Source: Patescibacteria group bacterium
GTDB lineage: Bacteria > Patescibacteriota > Doudnabacteria > UBA920
DNA length: 64,000 nt
NCBI GenBank assembly: GCA_036726225.1
Contig: DAIMCS010000001.1
Coordinates: forward strand, 333,856 to 397,855
Reading direction: 5' to 3'
The notes below the pieces were generated by a model. It searched no databases, was not told where the DNA came from, and saw only the letters and a program-made list of their open reading frames with translations. Of this stretch, positions 37,035 through 47,077 are shown in pieces. The translations under genes and the position numbers were made by a program. Positions within the stretch are counted from its first letter, which is position 1, and each line of letters starts with the position of its first letter.

Positions 37035-38514
37035 AGAAAGATCATCCGAATTTAATAAGCCGGAGCAAATCACACCTCATAGCGAGCCGACATCCGAGAC
37101 TGGAAAAAATTTGCTGGAGGTTTTAAATCAAATAAAAAATTATCTTGACGCTTGCGATGGGTTGCTAAAAAAACCGTCATTGGATCAGGAAGAACTTAAA
37201 GTTTTTCGTAGCTTATATGAGAAAGTATTTGAATTGCAATTTGAAACTTTTGATTTTTTTAATCCGCATTCAGAACTTGCGCAATCTTTAAACCAAAGGG
37301 TCTCGGCAATTGAAGCAGTGCTTATTCATAAATTAACCGAATCGGCATCTGTTAAGGCATTAGATAATTTAGGAGTGGATTTATTAAATTACTTGAGTTA
37401 TTCAAATAATAGTGAAATCGCAAAAAAAGCAATGACAATTCTTGACCGGGATTTTGAAACTTTTATGGCGAGCAAAACAACGCCGCAGGGTAATCTTAAT
37501 GCAATTTATGAGATATCAAGCGCGATAGTGGCCAATGGGTCTGCAAAAGAACAGGCAAGAGTAGAGAAAGTATTGGCAGGGTCCGCTGCCCAAAATTCCG
37601 ATATGAAAGATTTGGATGTTCTTTTAATCCCTCATTTTCTAACTAACCATTCCCGTCAGGTCAGGAATTTGGGCGTGAAGATTTTTGAAAAAATTTGCCA
37701 AGAGATAGATTTGCCTCCTAAAAACACAAGAGAGGCTTGGATAGCTAATACTGACCTTCCGAGGAGAAGTATGCCATCCTCCATAAAAAGAGCCGACAGA
37801 GAGATATTTATGAATGTTTTTTATTCGAATATGCGTTCAGTCAAAAATTTAGAGTCTGTTCAGCCGGGCATTTGCAGGGATTTGTATCAAAAGTTCGGAG
37901 TGCTTAATTTCGGAAGGTTTGATGATAAGGTTTGGCTTGCTCAAAAAGCAGAAGAAAATGACATGCGGCCATATGTTTTAGTCATAAGCGGTCAAGCGGA
38001 TTGGAATGCGGCATCTTTTGAGCCGGAAAGCAGGCGAACTTATTCAAATTTGTTTGCAGCTTTGTCGGGTAAATTTCCCTTGCGGATTCTAGAAGTTGGG
38101 GATAAACTCCAACTTGCTAAATTAATCCGGTATCTCAAGTCTAAATATTCCAATAATCCAGCCGCGGTAGTCTTTAGCGGACACAATAAAAAAGAATTTA
38201 TTTTAGGAGAGTCGCGTAGAGGCAGAAGGTATTTTAAGAATTTTTTAACCGAAACAACCTTAACTGACCCGCGAGCGGAGAAATATCTGGATATAGCCGA
38301 TCAAGACACGGTTTTCGTATTTGATTCCTGTGGTGTGGACAGGAGCAATACTTTTGCCAGTAAGCTTATTTCAAAAGCCGGTAAACAAGTAATCTTTCCC
38401 GATGGGGATTCATCGGTGGAAGAATTTAATCCTGAAATTTTGTCCGACGGAAGTATATCTTTCGATAAAATAAAATACGGTTTTGATGTTAAAACCGTCA
38501 ATTTGCACAAATAA
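37027..38514 (+). CDS. hypothetical protein: N-terminal helical domain plus a C-terminal domain with a clan-CD (caspase/CHAT-like) His-Cys signature
   Basis: The C-terminal region reads ...PYVLVISGQADWNA...AAVVFSGHNKKEFILG...DTVFVFDSCGVDRS... This is a hydrophobic strand followed by SGH, then a hydrophobic strand followed by DxC, which is the classic order for clan CD peptidases. It overlaps the upstream permease by 8 nt. Confidence 0.35.
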   Translation: MNRERSSEFNKPEQITPHSEPTSETGKNLLEVLNQIKNYLDACDGLLKKPSLDQEELKVFRSLYEKVFELQFETFDFFNPHSELAQSLNQRVSAIEAVLIHKLTESASVKALDNLGVDLLNYLSYSNNSEIAKKAMTILDRDFETFMASKTTPQGNLNAIYEISSAIVANGSAKEQARVEKVLAGSAAQNSDMKDLDVLLIPHFLTNHSRQVRNLGVKIFEKICQEIDLPPKNTREAWIANTDLPRRSMPSSIKRADREIFMNVFYSNMRSVKNLESVQPGICRDLYQKFGVLNFGRFDDKVWLAQKAEENDMRPYVLVISGQADWNAASFEPESRRTYSNLFAALSGKFPLRILEVGDKLQLAKLIRYLKSKYSNNPAAVVFSGHNKKEFILGESRRGRRYFKNFLTETTLTDPRAEKYLDIADQDTVFVFDSCGVDRSNTFASKLISKAGKQVIFPDGDSSVEEFNPEILSDGSISFDKIKYGFDVKTVNLHK

Positions 38515-38603
38515 AACATTTTATGTTGACTTCCTTTCAACAATCCATTAAAGCGCCTCGTTGACAATAGGGTAATGAGTTAAAGTTTAAAAAATTTATT
38601 ATT

Positions 38604-39848
38604 ATGTGGACATCAGTTAGACAAGCTGTAGCTGCGCTGCGCGCGAATTTAGTTAGGACAATCCTAACCACTCTTGGCATTGTTATTGGCATTGCCACCA
38701 TCATCCTTGTGCTTTCGGCAGGCGCAGGTTTTCGGCAAATTGTAAACAACCAAATTGCATCTTTAGGCACCAATACTCTGGTAATTGCCACGCGCGTCCC
38801 TCCCACCACCAAAAACCGCGCCGCTGCCAACAACGGCCCGGATTTTAACATCACGGTGGCTATCACCTCTTTAAAAATGAAAGATTTGGAAGATGTAAAA
38901 CGGCTGCCTAACGTTACCAATGCCTACGGCATTGCGGTCAGCCAGGGCGTGGCAAGCTATAAACAGAACAAAAAGAATACAATGTTCATTGGCGTCTCTG
39001 TTGAACGTTTCGAAATTGACAAAGGCACATTAAAAGAAGGGAGATTTTTTACTGACGGCGAGGACAAAGGCGCGGCCCAAGTCGCGGTCTTAGGTTCCCA
39101 GGTTGCCGACGATTTGTTTGACCAGGACAATCCGGTAGGCAAGTATATGCGCCTTGGGACTTTGAATTTTTTGGTAATCGGCGTTTACAATTCACGCGGC
39201 GGCCCTGTTGGCGGAGGGGACGACGGTATTTACATCCCGCTGGTAACAACGCAAAAAAAACTTTTAGGCATTGACCATATTGCCAGGGGCGTGGTGGAAA
39301 TGAGAGATTTAAATTTAGCCCAAGCCACGGCCGAAGACATTAGGATTGTTATTAGGCAAAACCACGACATCCAGGACCCGCAGCGGGACGATTTTACTGT
39401 TGCCACCCAGGCCGACGTTTTAGGGACTTTAAATACAATTTTTAACGGCATTACCATCCTTTTAGTTGCCATTGCCGCCATTTCTTTAATTGTCGGCGGG
39501 GTAGGCATTATGAATATTATGTATGTTGTTGTCACCGAGCGCACGGCGGAGATAGGCCTTAAAAAAGCCTTAGGCGCAACCAACTCCAGAATTTTAAGCG
39601 AGTTTTTAATTGAAGCAATTTTAGTCACGGTTTTAGGCGGTATTATTGGCATTGGTTTAGGCGCGTTTTTGGGCTGGGCAGTATCTGTTGTGGCCAACGC
39701 GTTTAATTTAGGCTGGGAGTTTATTGTCCCGCTTTATTCCATATTGTTAGGAGTCGGCGTTTCGGGGGCGATTGGCATAGTTTTTGGAGTGCTGCCCGCC
39801 CGCCAGGCCTCTAAGTTAGACCCCATTGAAGCTCTAAGGTACGAATAA
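38604..39848 (+). CDS. second ABC transporter permease, MacB/FtsX family
   Basis: Same architecture as the 35763 gene; ...GGVGIMNIMYVVVTERTAEIGLKKALGA...LDPIEALRYE is the same C-terminus. Confidence 0.8.
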   Translation: MWTSVRQAVAALRANLVRTILTTLGIVIGIATIILVLSAGAGFRQIVNNQIASLGTNTLVIATRVPPTTKNRAAANNGPDFNITVAITSLKMKDLEDVKRLPNVTNAYGIAVSQGVASYKQNKKNTMFIGVSVERFEIDKGTLKEGRFFTDGEDKGAAQVAVLGSQVADDLFDQDNPVGKYMRLGTLNFLVIGVYNSRGGPVGGGDDGIYIPLVTTQKKLLGIDHIARGVVEMRDLNLAQATAEDIRIVIRQNHDIQDPQRDDFTVATQADVLGTLNTIFNGITILLVAIAAISLIVGGVGIMNIMYVVVTERTAEIGLKKALGATNSRILSEFLIEAILVTVLGGIIGIGLGAFLGWAVSVVANAFNLGWEFIVPLYSILLGVGVSGAIGIVFGVLPARQASKLDPIEALRYE

Positions 39849-39917
39849 TCTTTTGTTTTAGCCAAAGCGTTATACTATGCATGGTATAATTAATTCGGCA
39901 ATAATTAAAATAAAATA

Positions 39918-41147
39918 ATGATCAACATTGTAATTTTGGGAGCAGGTTTTGCAGGTGTTATAGCCGCGCTTAAGCTGTCTAAAAAAATCGGCTACCAGGC
40001 GAACATTACTCTCATTGACAGGCACGACTACCATCTTTTCACCACTAATTTATACGAGATAGCCGCTTCCGAAGAGGAATTAAACACCCTTGCCCAGCTC
40101 AAAAAAAGTATTACACTGCCTTTGGCAGAAATTTTTTTGGGCCACAAAGTTAATGTTATCAAAGCGGAAATCCGGGAAGTTAATGCAGAAGCTAAAACCG
40201 TTACTGCCGGAATAAAAAAAATTAAATACGATTATTTGGTAATTGCTCCCGGCTCGGTAAGTGATTATTTTGATATTGAGGGAGCGCAAAAGTTTGCTTT
40301 GCCTTTAAAAAATTTGACCGACGCTTTTAATATTCGGAACCAGGTTGAGTTTGCAGTCCAAAGGCAAAGAATGGAAATGAAGAAAAAAAATATTCGCATC
40401 GTGGTTGCCGGAGGGGGTTACACCGGAGTGGAAGTTGCCGGCGAGCTCACCCAACTGCTGGATGTGCTTGCCTGGAAATATGAATACCCTAAGGAAAATA
40501 TGGAAGTCGTTGTCATTGAAGCCGCGCCGGAACTTGTGCCGGGGCTTTCCCCGCGCTTGAGCGCCGATGCCCACGGAAGATTGCGCGACTTAGGCGCGCG
40601 AATTTTGCTTTCCAGCCCGATTGCAAAAATTGACGAGCATCACGTTGAATTTAATAACGCAGACAGGATGGAGTATGATGTTTTAATTTGGGCAGCCGGG
40701 GTTAAGGCGGCCAATTTGCCTTTTGCCCAGGCTTTAGAAAAAGACAAAAAGGGCAGAATTTTAGCCAACGAATTTTTACAAGCCAGGGAATTTTCAAATG
40801 TTTTTGTGTTGGGGGATGGCGCCTCCATAAACAACCGTGACGGCAGGCCTGCCCCGCCAACTGCGCAAGACGCTATTGAGCAGGCAAAATATTTAGCTTA
40901 CGCTTTGCCTTTAATTATGCAAAATAAAAGGCCAAAAATTGCTTATGCGGGCAAGGCCCACGGCTACATTGTGAGCATTGGCGGCAAATGGGGAATTTTA
41001 AATTACGGCGGATTTTATTTTACAGGCTGGCTTGCTTACTTTGTGCGCCAGTTGGCCAATATAAATTATTTCAGGCAACTCGTGGGCTTATGGAAAGCTA
41101 TAAAGTATGTTTTGTTCCAAATGGAAATGTACAGCAGGAATGACTAA
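39918..41147 (+). CDS. FAD/NAD(P)-dependent pyridine-nucleotide disulfide oxidoreductase, type II NADH dehydrogenase (NDH-2)-like
   Basis: Two Rossmann motifs, IVILGAGFAGVIAA and IVVAGGGYTGVEVAGEL. 409 aa. Confidence 0.65.
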   Translation: MINIVILGAGFAGVIAALKLSKKIGYQANITLIDRHDYHLFTTNLYEIAASEEELNTLAQLKKSITLPLAEIFLGHKVNVIKAEIREVNAEAKTVTAGIKKIKYDYLVIAPGSVSDYFDIEGAQKFALPLKNLTDAFNIRNQVEFAVQRQRMEMKKKNIRIVVAGGGYTGVEVAGELTQLLDVLAWKYEYPKENMEVVVIEAAPELVPGLSPRLSADAHGRLRDLGARILLSSPIAKIDEHHVEFNNADRMEYDVLIWAAGVKAANLPFAQALEKDKKGRILANEFLQAREFSNVFVLGDGASINNRDGRPAPPTAQDAIEQAKYLAYALPLIMQNKRPKIAYAGKAHGYIVSIGGKWGILNYGGFYFTGWLAYFVRQLANINYFRQLVGLWKAIKYVLFQMEMYSRND

Positions 41148-41200
41148 ACAAAATTTATCAAAAAAACCTCGTCTTAAAAATTAAGGCGAGGTTTTTAAAT

Positions 41201-42814
41201 TTATACCGGTCTGGGAGGAGAGGGAATGTTGGGCAATATTTTGTGTTCCCGTAAATGCCTAAAGAAGCGCACCAGCATCATTATCCCAAAGGCCAAAATA
41301 ATTAACACTAACACAGAAAATATAACCGCGTTAGTTAGGTGCTGCTGGTAAAAAATTCTAAATACATCCCAGGCAGAGTCTTTGGACTGTTTGTCGGCAA
41401 TTAAACTTTCACATTCGGAAATGGGTTTTTTAAGCTGGTCTTTAACCGGGAAATGCAAATTAACACTGCTGGCTGCGGCATTAAAATAATCCAAAGCTTG
41501 TTTACAAACGCTGTTTTTTTGGCTGGCTAAACCTAACAGTAGGTTTAAACGGTAGGGGCCCGGTTCATTTTTTATATTATTTTTTTCCAGAATTTCTTTA
41601 GCCAGTTCTACAGGCAGGGCAAACCCAAAATTATCCCCGTCTACTCTGGCGCCGGTTTCAAAAGTAATAATGCCAATAACGTTTCCACCCCTGTCAATTA
41701 GCGGGCCGCCGCTTGAGCCCGGGGAAATTTTATTATCCAGCTGGATAATTTTTTGGCCTTCGTGGGTTTTTATGGCGCTAAGCGCGCCTTCGGTAAAAGT
41801 GGCTTCAAAAAGGTCGGCTTGGCTAATTTTGGCGTTGGAAGGGTAGCCTAAGCTTATTGCTTTTTCTCCAATTACCAAACTTTCACTGCTTCCCAAAAGC
41901 AAAGCGGGCAGGTTTTTTTCCGAAATTTTAATGAGAGCCACATCTTTATAGTTGGTTTCAAAATCTTCGTCAAAATCCACTATGGTAACAGGCAGGCCGG
42001 TTTCAAAAACTTCGGCAAGTTCCGAGTTTTCGGTCAGTTTGTTGTCTGCCATGGACTTGTCTATTACAACCAAGCTTTGTTTAACCAAATCTTCCAAATG
42101 GGCTTCCACGAATTTGTCAATTTCCGCGTACAGGGCGTCTGCAATTTTTGCATCGCTCTGGGCGCTGGCCACACCATAAACGGAATCTAAATAATTTTGG
42201 TAGGCTTTATATTCCTTATCGCTTAAATTGTCTTGAGCCTGTTTAAAAAGTTCGGCATAATGGGTTTCCACCTCTTTGGTCATTTGGTCGTAAGCCGAGG
42301 TTTTAGCTATTACATGGGCGTTGGTAATTATGTAGCCGTCCGGGTTTACCACAAAGCCGCTGCCTAAAAGCCCCGTGTCCACGTCTATTACGTGCTTGGG
42401 CAGGTCGTCCCTGGGGGTTAGGGCAAAAGTTTTTAAGTCCACGTTAAAGTCGGGTATGGCCAGGCTGCCGGTTAAAGAATTTATAATATTAACCACGCCG
42501 GGTTTGTTTAAAAAAATAGCCTGCTCCTGCGTAAGCTCGTCAAGATTCAAACTTTCAGTTTTGGCTCCTAAAACTTGAGGGATAGTTTTTTGCTCAGGCA
42601 AAAAAGCAACTCGACGGTCATGGCTGCTTTGCGTAGGTTTAATTCTGGGCTGCCAGCTAATTCTTGCCTGCGCAGTTTTTGCGTGCGGTTTATAAGTGAA
42701 GTTTTCAGCTTTGGTTTGTGTAAGTTCCGGGCCAAAATTGGTCACAACAAAAAAAGCAAAGGCCCAACTAGCTATGGAGACTAATGCTGCTGCAGAAACT
42801 AATAATTTTTTCAT
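41201..42814 (-). CDS. trypsin-like serine protease (S1C/HtrA-like) with an N-terminal signal peptide and a C-terminal transmembrane anchor. Start at MKKLLVSAAAL; the ORF-track N-terminal extension would overlap topA
   Basis: The catalytic triad context is His TNAHV, Asp DVALIKI and Ser GSSGGPLIDRGGNVIGI. The signal peptide is MKKLLVSAAALVSIASWAFA. Confidence 0.75.
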   Translation of the reverse strand: MKKLLVSAAALVSIASWAFAFFVVTNFGPELTQTKAENFTYKPHAKTAQARISWQPRIKPTQSSHDRRVAFLPEQKTIPQVLGAKTESLNLDELTQEQAIFLNKPGVVNIINSLTGSLAIPDFNVDLKTFALTPRDDLPKHVIDVDTGLLGSGFVVNPDGYIITNAHVIAKTSAYDQMTKEVETHYAELFKQAQDNLSDKEYKAYQNYLDSVYGVASAQSDAKIADALYAEIDKFVEAHLEDLVKQSLVVIDKSMADNKLTENSELAEVFETGLPVTIVDFDEDFETNYKDVALIKISEKNLPALLLGSSESLVIGEKAISLGYPSNAKISQADLFEATFTEGALSAIKTHEGQKIIQLDNKISPGSSGGPLIDRGGNVIGIITFETGARVDGDNFGFALPVELAKEILEKNNIKNEPGPYRLNLLLGLASQKNSVCKQALDYFNAAASSVNLHFPVKDQLKKPISECESLIADKQSKDSAWDVFRIFYQQHLTNAVIFSVLVLIILAFGIMMLVRFFRHLREHKILPNIPSPPRPV

Positions 42815-42903
42815 TTGTATTTTTATTTCAAAAGCTTTTCTAACTTGTATATTATTATAGCAGAAATTGGGAAATTTTGCAAGTAATAAAAAAAACTTCA
42901 GAG

Positions 42904-45186
42904 TTATTCTGAAGTTTTTTTCTTGGCATAAGATTTTTTGGGTTTGGGTGGGTTGGCTTTCCAATCTTCGAATGCTTTTTGTAATTGTTCCTGGCTTTCC
43001 GGTTTTGCGTTCATAACAAAAGTGCAGTCCGGGAAACGGGTACAAGCAAAAAAAGCTTTACCGCGGCCGCGGGATTTTTTCTCCACAATGTCACCCGGTT
43101 TTTCTTTACGTTCGTCCGTAGCCAGGCAGTTGGGGCATTTGTAGCCGGTCTTGTTCCAAATTTTAGAAATGCCTTTGCATTTTGGGTAATCTTGGCAGCC
43201 CAGGAAAAAGCCAAAACGGCCGCGGCGTACGTTCATTTGTTTGCCGCAAATAGGGCACATTTCGCCTCTGGTTTTTTCTTCCAGTTCCTTTATTTTTGCC
43301 GCTTCCTCGGGCATTGGCTGAGTAATTTTGCTTTCCGGGTCGGGGCAAGCCAGGAATTTTCCGTTGCGCCCGTACTTAATAAGCATCATTTTGCCGCAAT
43401 GGGAGCAGGGGACTTCGGAGACTTCAATTTGCTTTTCCACGCTTTTTTCTTTTTCAATCAAATGCTTTTTAAACGGGTCATAAAATTCCTGCATAACTTT
43501 AACCCACTTTATATTGCCGGCTGCAATTTCATCCAGTTCTTCTTCTATGTGCGAGGTAAAATTAATGTCAACAATTTCCGGGAAATTTTCAACCAGCATA
43601 TCATTAACCAAAAAACCTTCCTCTGTGGGGGAATATTTTTTATCAACCTTGTTCACATAACCCCTGTCCTGGATGGTGGAAAGGGTGGGGGCGTAGGTGG
43701 AAGGGCGGCCAACACCGGCAGCTTCCAGGGCTTTTATTAAAGTGGCATCGCTATAGCGTGCCGGAGGCTCGGTAAAATGCTGGAGTGGGCTAAGTTCGTG
43801 CAGTTTTAATTTTTCATCCACGGAAAGTTCCGGCAGCACGCCTTCAATTTCGTCCTCGGCCTTTTCGTCCTGGCCTTCAGTGTAGGCGCGAATAAAACCG
43901 TCGAATTTAATAGTTTGACCGTTGGCCCGAAACATATATTTATCTTTGGCCAAAATATCGGCCGCAGTTTGTTCTAAAACTGCCGGCGCCATTTGGCAGG
44001 CAACAGTGCGTTTCCAAATAAGGTCGTAAATTTTAAACTGACCGCGGTCCAAAAATTCTTTAATGTCGGAAGGTTTTTTTAAGACATCGGCCGGGCGGAT
44101 GGCTTCGTGGGCTTCTTGGGCGCCTTTGGATTTGTTGGTAAAGGTGCGCGGTTCGTCTAAAGCATATTTGTCACCGAACTCCGACTTAACCACGTCAGCA
44201 ATAGCAGCCAAAGCAGACTGGGCTAAGTTTAAACTGTCTGTTCTCATATAGGTAATAAGCCCTTGGTGGCCTTCGTCTCCCAATTTTATGCCTTCGTAAA
44301 GTTGTTGGGCAATAACCATGGTTTGCTTTGCGGACATACCGAACTTGCGCGCGGCTTCTTGCTGCAGGGTAGAGGTAATAAACGGGGCGGCAGGGTTTCT
44401 TTTTACTTCCTTAGTATTTATTTCTTTAATTTGATATTCCGCGCCTTTAAGGTCGTCAACAATTTTTTTTGCGTTCGTTTCTGCGTTAATGTCCATCTTG
44501 CCTACGGACTTGTCGTCTATCTTTGCAAGTTTTGCAACAAAAGTTTTGTCGTCTTTGAGTTTGGAAAGCTGCGCTTCTATGCTCCAGTATTCTTCTTGTT
44601 TAAAGTTTTGGATTTCGCGTTCGCGTTCAACAACCAAGCGAACAGCTACCGACTGCACGCGTCCGGCCGAAAGCCCGTATCTTATTTTGCGCCACAAAAA
44701 AGGCGAAAGTTCGTAGCCCACCAATCTATCCAGCACTCGTCTGGCTTGCTGCGCGTCCACTAAGTTAAGGTCCAAATCGCGCGGGTTTTTCATGGCTTCG
44801 TCTATGGCGGACTTGGTTATTTCGTGGAAAACTATGCGTTTTATGCGCCTGTCTTCTTTGCCTTTGGCAATTTGGGCTTCATCGCCCAAGTCCAATGCCT
44901 GCACCAAATGCCAGGAAATGGCCTCACCTTCGCGGTCCTCGTCAGTGGCCAATATAATAGAAGGGGCGCCTTTGGCGTCCTGTTTAAGTTCGGCTATTAT
45001 TTCTTTGGCTTTGGGCGGAATAATATAGACAGGCTCAAAGTCATTTTTTACATCAATGGATATTTTAGATTTTGGTAAATCGCGGACGTGTCCCATACTG
45101 GCTTTTACAATGTATTGTCCGCCCAAAAAACGCGAAATGGTTTTCGCTTTTGTAGGTGATTCTACTATTATTAGGGGCTTGGACAT
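42904..45186 (-). CDS. topA: DNA topoisomerase I
   Basis: TOPRIM N-terminus MSKPLIIVESPTKAKTISRFLGG and an active-site Tyr region. C-terminal zinc-ribbon repeats (CSHCGKMM, CPICGKQM, CPNC). Confidence 0.95.
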   Translation of the reverse strand: MSKPLIIVESPTKAKTISRFLGGQYIVKASMGHVRDLPKSKISIDVKNDFEPVYIIPPKAKEIIAELKQDAKGAPSIILATDEDREGEAISWHLVQALDLGDEAQIAKGKEDRRIKRIVFHEITKSAIDEAMKNPRDLDLNLVDAQQARRVLDRLVGYELSPFLWRKIRYGLSAGRVQSVAVRLVVEREREIQNFKQEEYWSIEAQLSKLKDDKTFVAKLAKIDDKSVGKMDINAETNAKKIVDDLKGAEYQIKEINTKEVKRNPAAPFITSTLQQEAARKFGMSAKQTMVIAQQLYEGIKLGDEGHQGLITYMRTDSLNLAQSALAAIADVVKSEFGDKYALDEPRTFTNKSKGAQEAHEAIRPADVLKKPSDIKEFLDRGQFKIYDLIWKRTVACQMAPAVLEQTAADILAKDKYMFRANGQTIKFDGFIRAYTEGQDEKAEDEIEGVLPELSVDEKLKLHELSPLQHFTEPPARYSDATLIKALEAAGVGRPSTYAPTLSTIQDRGYVNKVDKKYSPTEEGFLVNDMLVENFPEIVDINFTSHIEEELDEIAAGNIKWVKVMQEFYDPFKKHLIEKEKSVEKQIEVSEVPCSHCGKMMLIKYGRNGKFLACPDPESKITQPMPEEAAKIKELEEKTRGEMCPICGKQMNVRRGRFGFFLGCQDYPKCKGISKIWNKTGYKCPNCLATDERKEKPGDIVEKKSRGRGKAFFACTRFPDCTFVMNAKPESQEQLQKAFEDWKANPPKPKKSYAKKKTSE

Positions 45187-45375
45187 ATGTTTAATCGCTG
45201 ATAGATCGCTGAGTTGGTATTTTAGTTTCAGCGTCCAATCAGCGCTGGTGTTAAGATCAGCGTTTGTTCAGCGTCGATACAATCGCAAGTTTAACCATAA
45301 AAAAAAAGTTTGTCAAACTTAGGGTTGCTTTTTTTAAAGAAAAGATGTATTTTATGGAGTAAACGGAGGTTAGGT

Positions 45376-45498
45376 ATGAAGGCAATGAAGATTGTGGCCG
45401 CCCTCTTTTTTATCGGGGTGATTTTTCTTACCCCACAGGGTAGGCATTTGATTTGGAAGTTTTTGGAGGGCCTCGCCACAGCCGGCAGCGTCAGATGA
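45376..45498 (+). CDS. possible 40-aa small membrane protein
   Basis: Ribosome-binding site GGAGGT 5 nt upstream of the ATG. Reads MKAMKIVAALFFIGVIFLTPQGRHLIWKFLEGLATAGSVR. Confidence 0.3.
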   Translation: MKAMKIVAALFFIGVIFLTPQGRHLIWKFLEGLATAGSVR

Positions 45499-45525
45499 TT
45501 TACAACCTAAGGAGGTAATTGAGAG

Positions 45526-45810
45526 ATGCGTTTTTACTTGCTGGATGCATACGTTTCAAGAAGAACCCGCGCAATCAACAAGCTGCTTGAAAAAGCACGC
45601 AAGGCAACCAAAGGCAATTCCAATGCAAAAGCTCCTATGTCTATTGTGGGGCTGATTCTGGGTTTTGATTTTGTAGCAAGCCTTCCTTCCAAAAGAAGGG
45701 AGCGTAAGGCAAGAAGCGTGCCCGATTCCCGCGCTTTGAGATTGGCCAACAAATCCAGACCCAAACGTCGGGCTCCTAAAATCCCGCTTCATATTCGGCG
45801 GGGTTATTGA
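45526..45810 (+). CDS. hypothetical highly basic 94-aa protein
   Basis: Strong ribosome-binding site AAGGAGGT. The C-terminal half is Arg/Lys-rich (SKRRERKARS...RPKRRAPKIP). Confidence 0.4.
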   Translation: MRFYLLDAYVSRRTRAINKLLEKARKATKGNSNAKAPMSIVGLILGFDFVASLPSKRRERKARSVPDSRALRLANKSRPKRRAPKIPLHIRRGY

Positions 45811-45916
45811 TTCGCGCTGCAACAAGCAGTTTTTGGGCGGAGAGCTGAACTCTCCGCCCAAATTTCATTTTATTATACTTTCTATAAACAGATCCTTCAC
45901 TTCGTTCAGGATAATA

Positions 45917-47077
45917 TTAACGCAACTTCGTTTCGTTAATATTAATTTTTTCTAAGATTTTTTTACTCTCATCAGCCGTGGCCGGGCGGGGAGTGGAGTA
46001 GTTTTCGATAATAACCGGTAAAAGTTCGATCGATTCTAATTCAGCTGGGGTTTTTGAGCCTTGTAGGTCGGATTCTTTATTTTTTGAAATTGTTATTTTA
46101 AGCGTAAGGCCTTCTTTGGTATCTTCACTGAACATTTGGTCAAAAATAAAATTACCCAAAGAGTAGAAAATATACTTACCGTTATATGTTTCTATGGTTT
46201 GCACCCAATGCGGATGGTGCCCTATTACCATGTCTGCTCCGGCATCTATGGCGGCACGCGCAAAGTCGATTTGAGATTGGTTTGGTTTGCGAGTGTATTC
46301 CGTACCCGCATGCATAGTCACAACAACGAAATCTGTTCCATGAGTTTTGGCTTTGCGAATGCTGGATACAAGATTAGCGACTTCCTCAATTCGTGCTACG
46401 TAGTTGTTGGTGGTTTTGCCGTTGTCATTTATGGAAGCATATGATGCTCCAATAAAACTAATTTTTATTCCATTTGCTTCAACCATCTCAGGAAGCCAGG
46501 CATCGCTAGTATCGTGAGGAAGGGTTGAGCCTACCCAACTTGCGCCAATACTTTTAATGTCATTTTGATGTAAAAATTCGTAAGTATATTTAAGTCCATT
46601 CAAACCTTGGTCAAGGGCGTGATTGTTGGCAAGGCTAAGGATTTTAAAATTGTAATCTTTAAGTGGAAGTACGTATTCTTTAGGCGAGCTAAAAACTAAA
46701 GAATGGCCGCCAATTATTCCGCCTGCTTTGGCCACCGGCGTTTCTAAATTGCCAAAATTGAAATCTGTGGATTTTAGTACTGCTGCCATTTTAGAAAAGG
46801 GAAGGTCGGCTTGGCCCGAATCTTTTATTGTCGCCGCAACGTTTCTAGAAAGCATAATGTCGCCCACGGCCAAAAAGGTAGCCGTGGTTTTATTGTTCTG
46901 CGGATCCCTTAAGCTTTGAGCTTTTTGATAAAAATTTTGTAAGTCAGTTTGCAGCGCATCTGCCCCTTGTTCTTTATTTTCAACCAGGTAGTGAGCTGTA
47001 TCTTTGCCGTAGTAAAATAAAGCCGCATTAACCGCCACAAGTGTCAAAGCCAAAGTAATTTTTAATTTAGTATTCAT
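45917..47077 (-). CDS. capA: CapA/PgsA-family metallophosphatase (poly-gamma-glutamate/capsule biosynthesis-type)
   Basis: Reads MHAGTEYTRKPNQSQIDFARAAIDAGADMVIGHHPHWVQ...YSLGNFIFDQ. It has an N-terminal signal anchor. Confidence 0.75.
   Translation of the reverse strand: MNTKLKITLALTLVAVNAALFYYGKDTAHYLVENKEQGADALQTDLQNFYQKAQSLRDPQNNKTTATFLAVGDIMLSRNVAATIKDSGQADLPFSKMAAVLKSTDFNFGNLETPVAKAGGIIGGHSLVFSSPKEYVLPLKDYNFKILSLANNHALDQGLNGLKYTYEFLHQNDIKSIGASWVGSTLPHDTSDAWLPEMVEANGIKISFIGASYASINDNGKTTNNYVARIEEVANLVSSIRKAKTHGTDFVVVTMHAGTEYTRKPNQSQIDFARAAIDAGADMVIGHHPHWVQTIETYNGKYIFYSLGNFIFDQMFSEDTKEGLTLKITISKNKESDLQGSKTPAELESIELLPVIIENYSTPRPATADESKKILEKININETKLR

Noticed and set aside
41201-43045. The full-length 614-aa ORF-track version of the protease gene
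   Set aside because: Its N-terminal 77 codons would overlap the 3' end of topA and lack protein-like character. An internal ATG at 42814 gives a classical signal peptide (MKKLLVSAAAL...), so the shorter gene is called.
42985-44763. Long + strand ORFs (42985-43740, 44263-44763) antisense to topA
   Set aside because: They are antisense to a well-supported topoisomerase I frame and their translations are low-complexity Phe/Gly-rich. They are treated as spurious.
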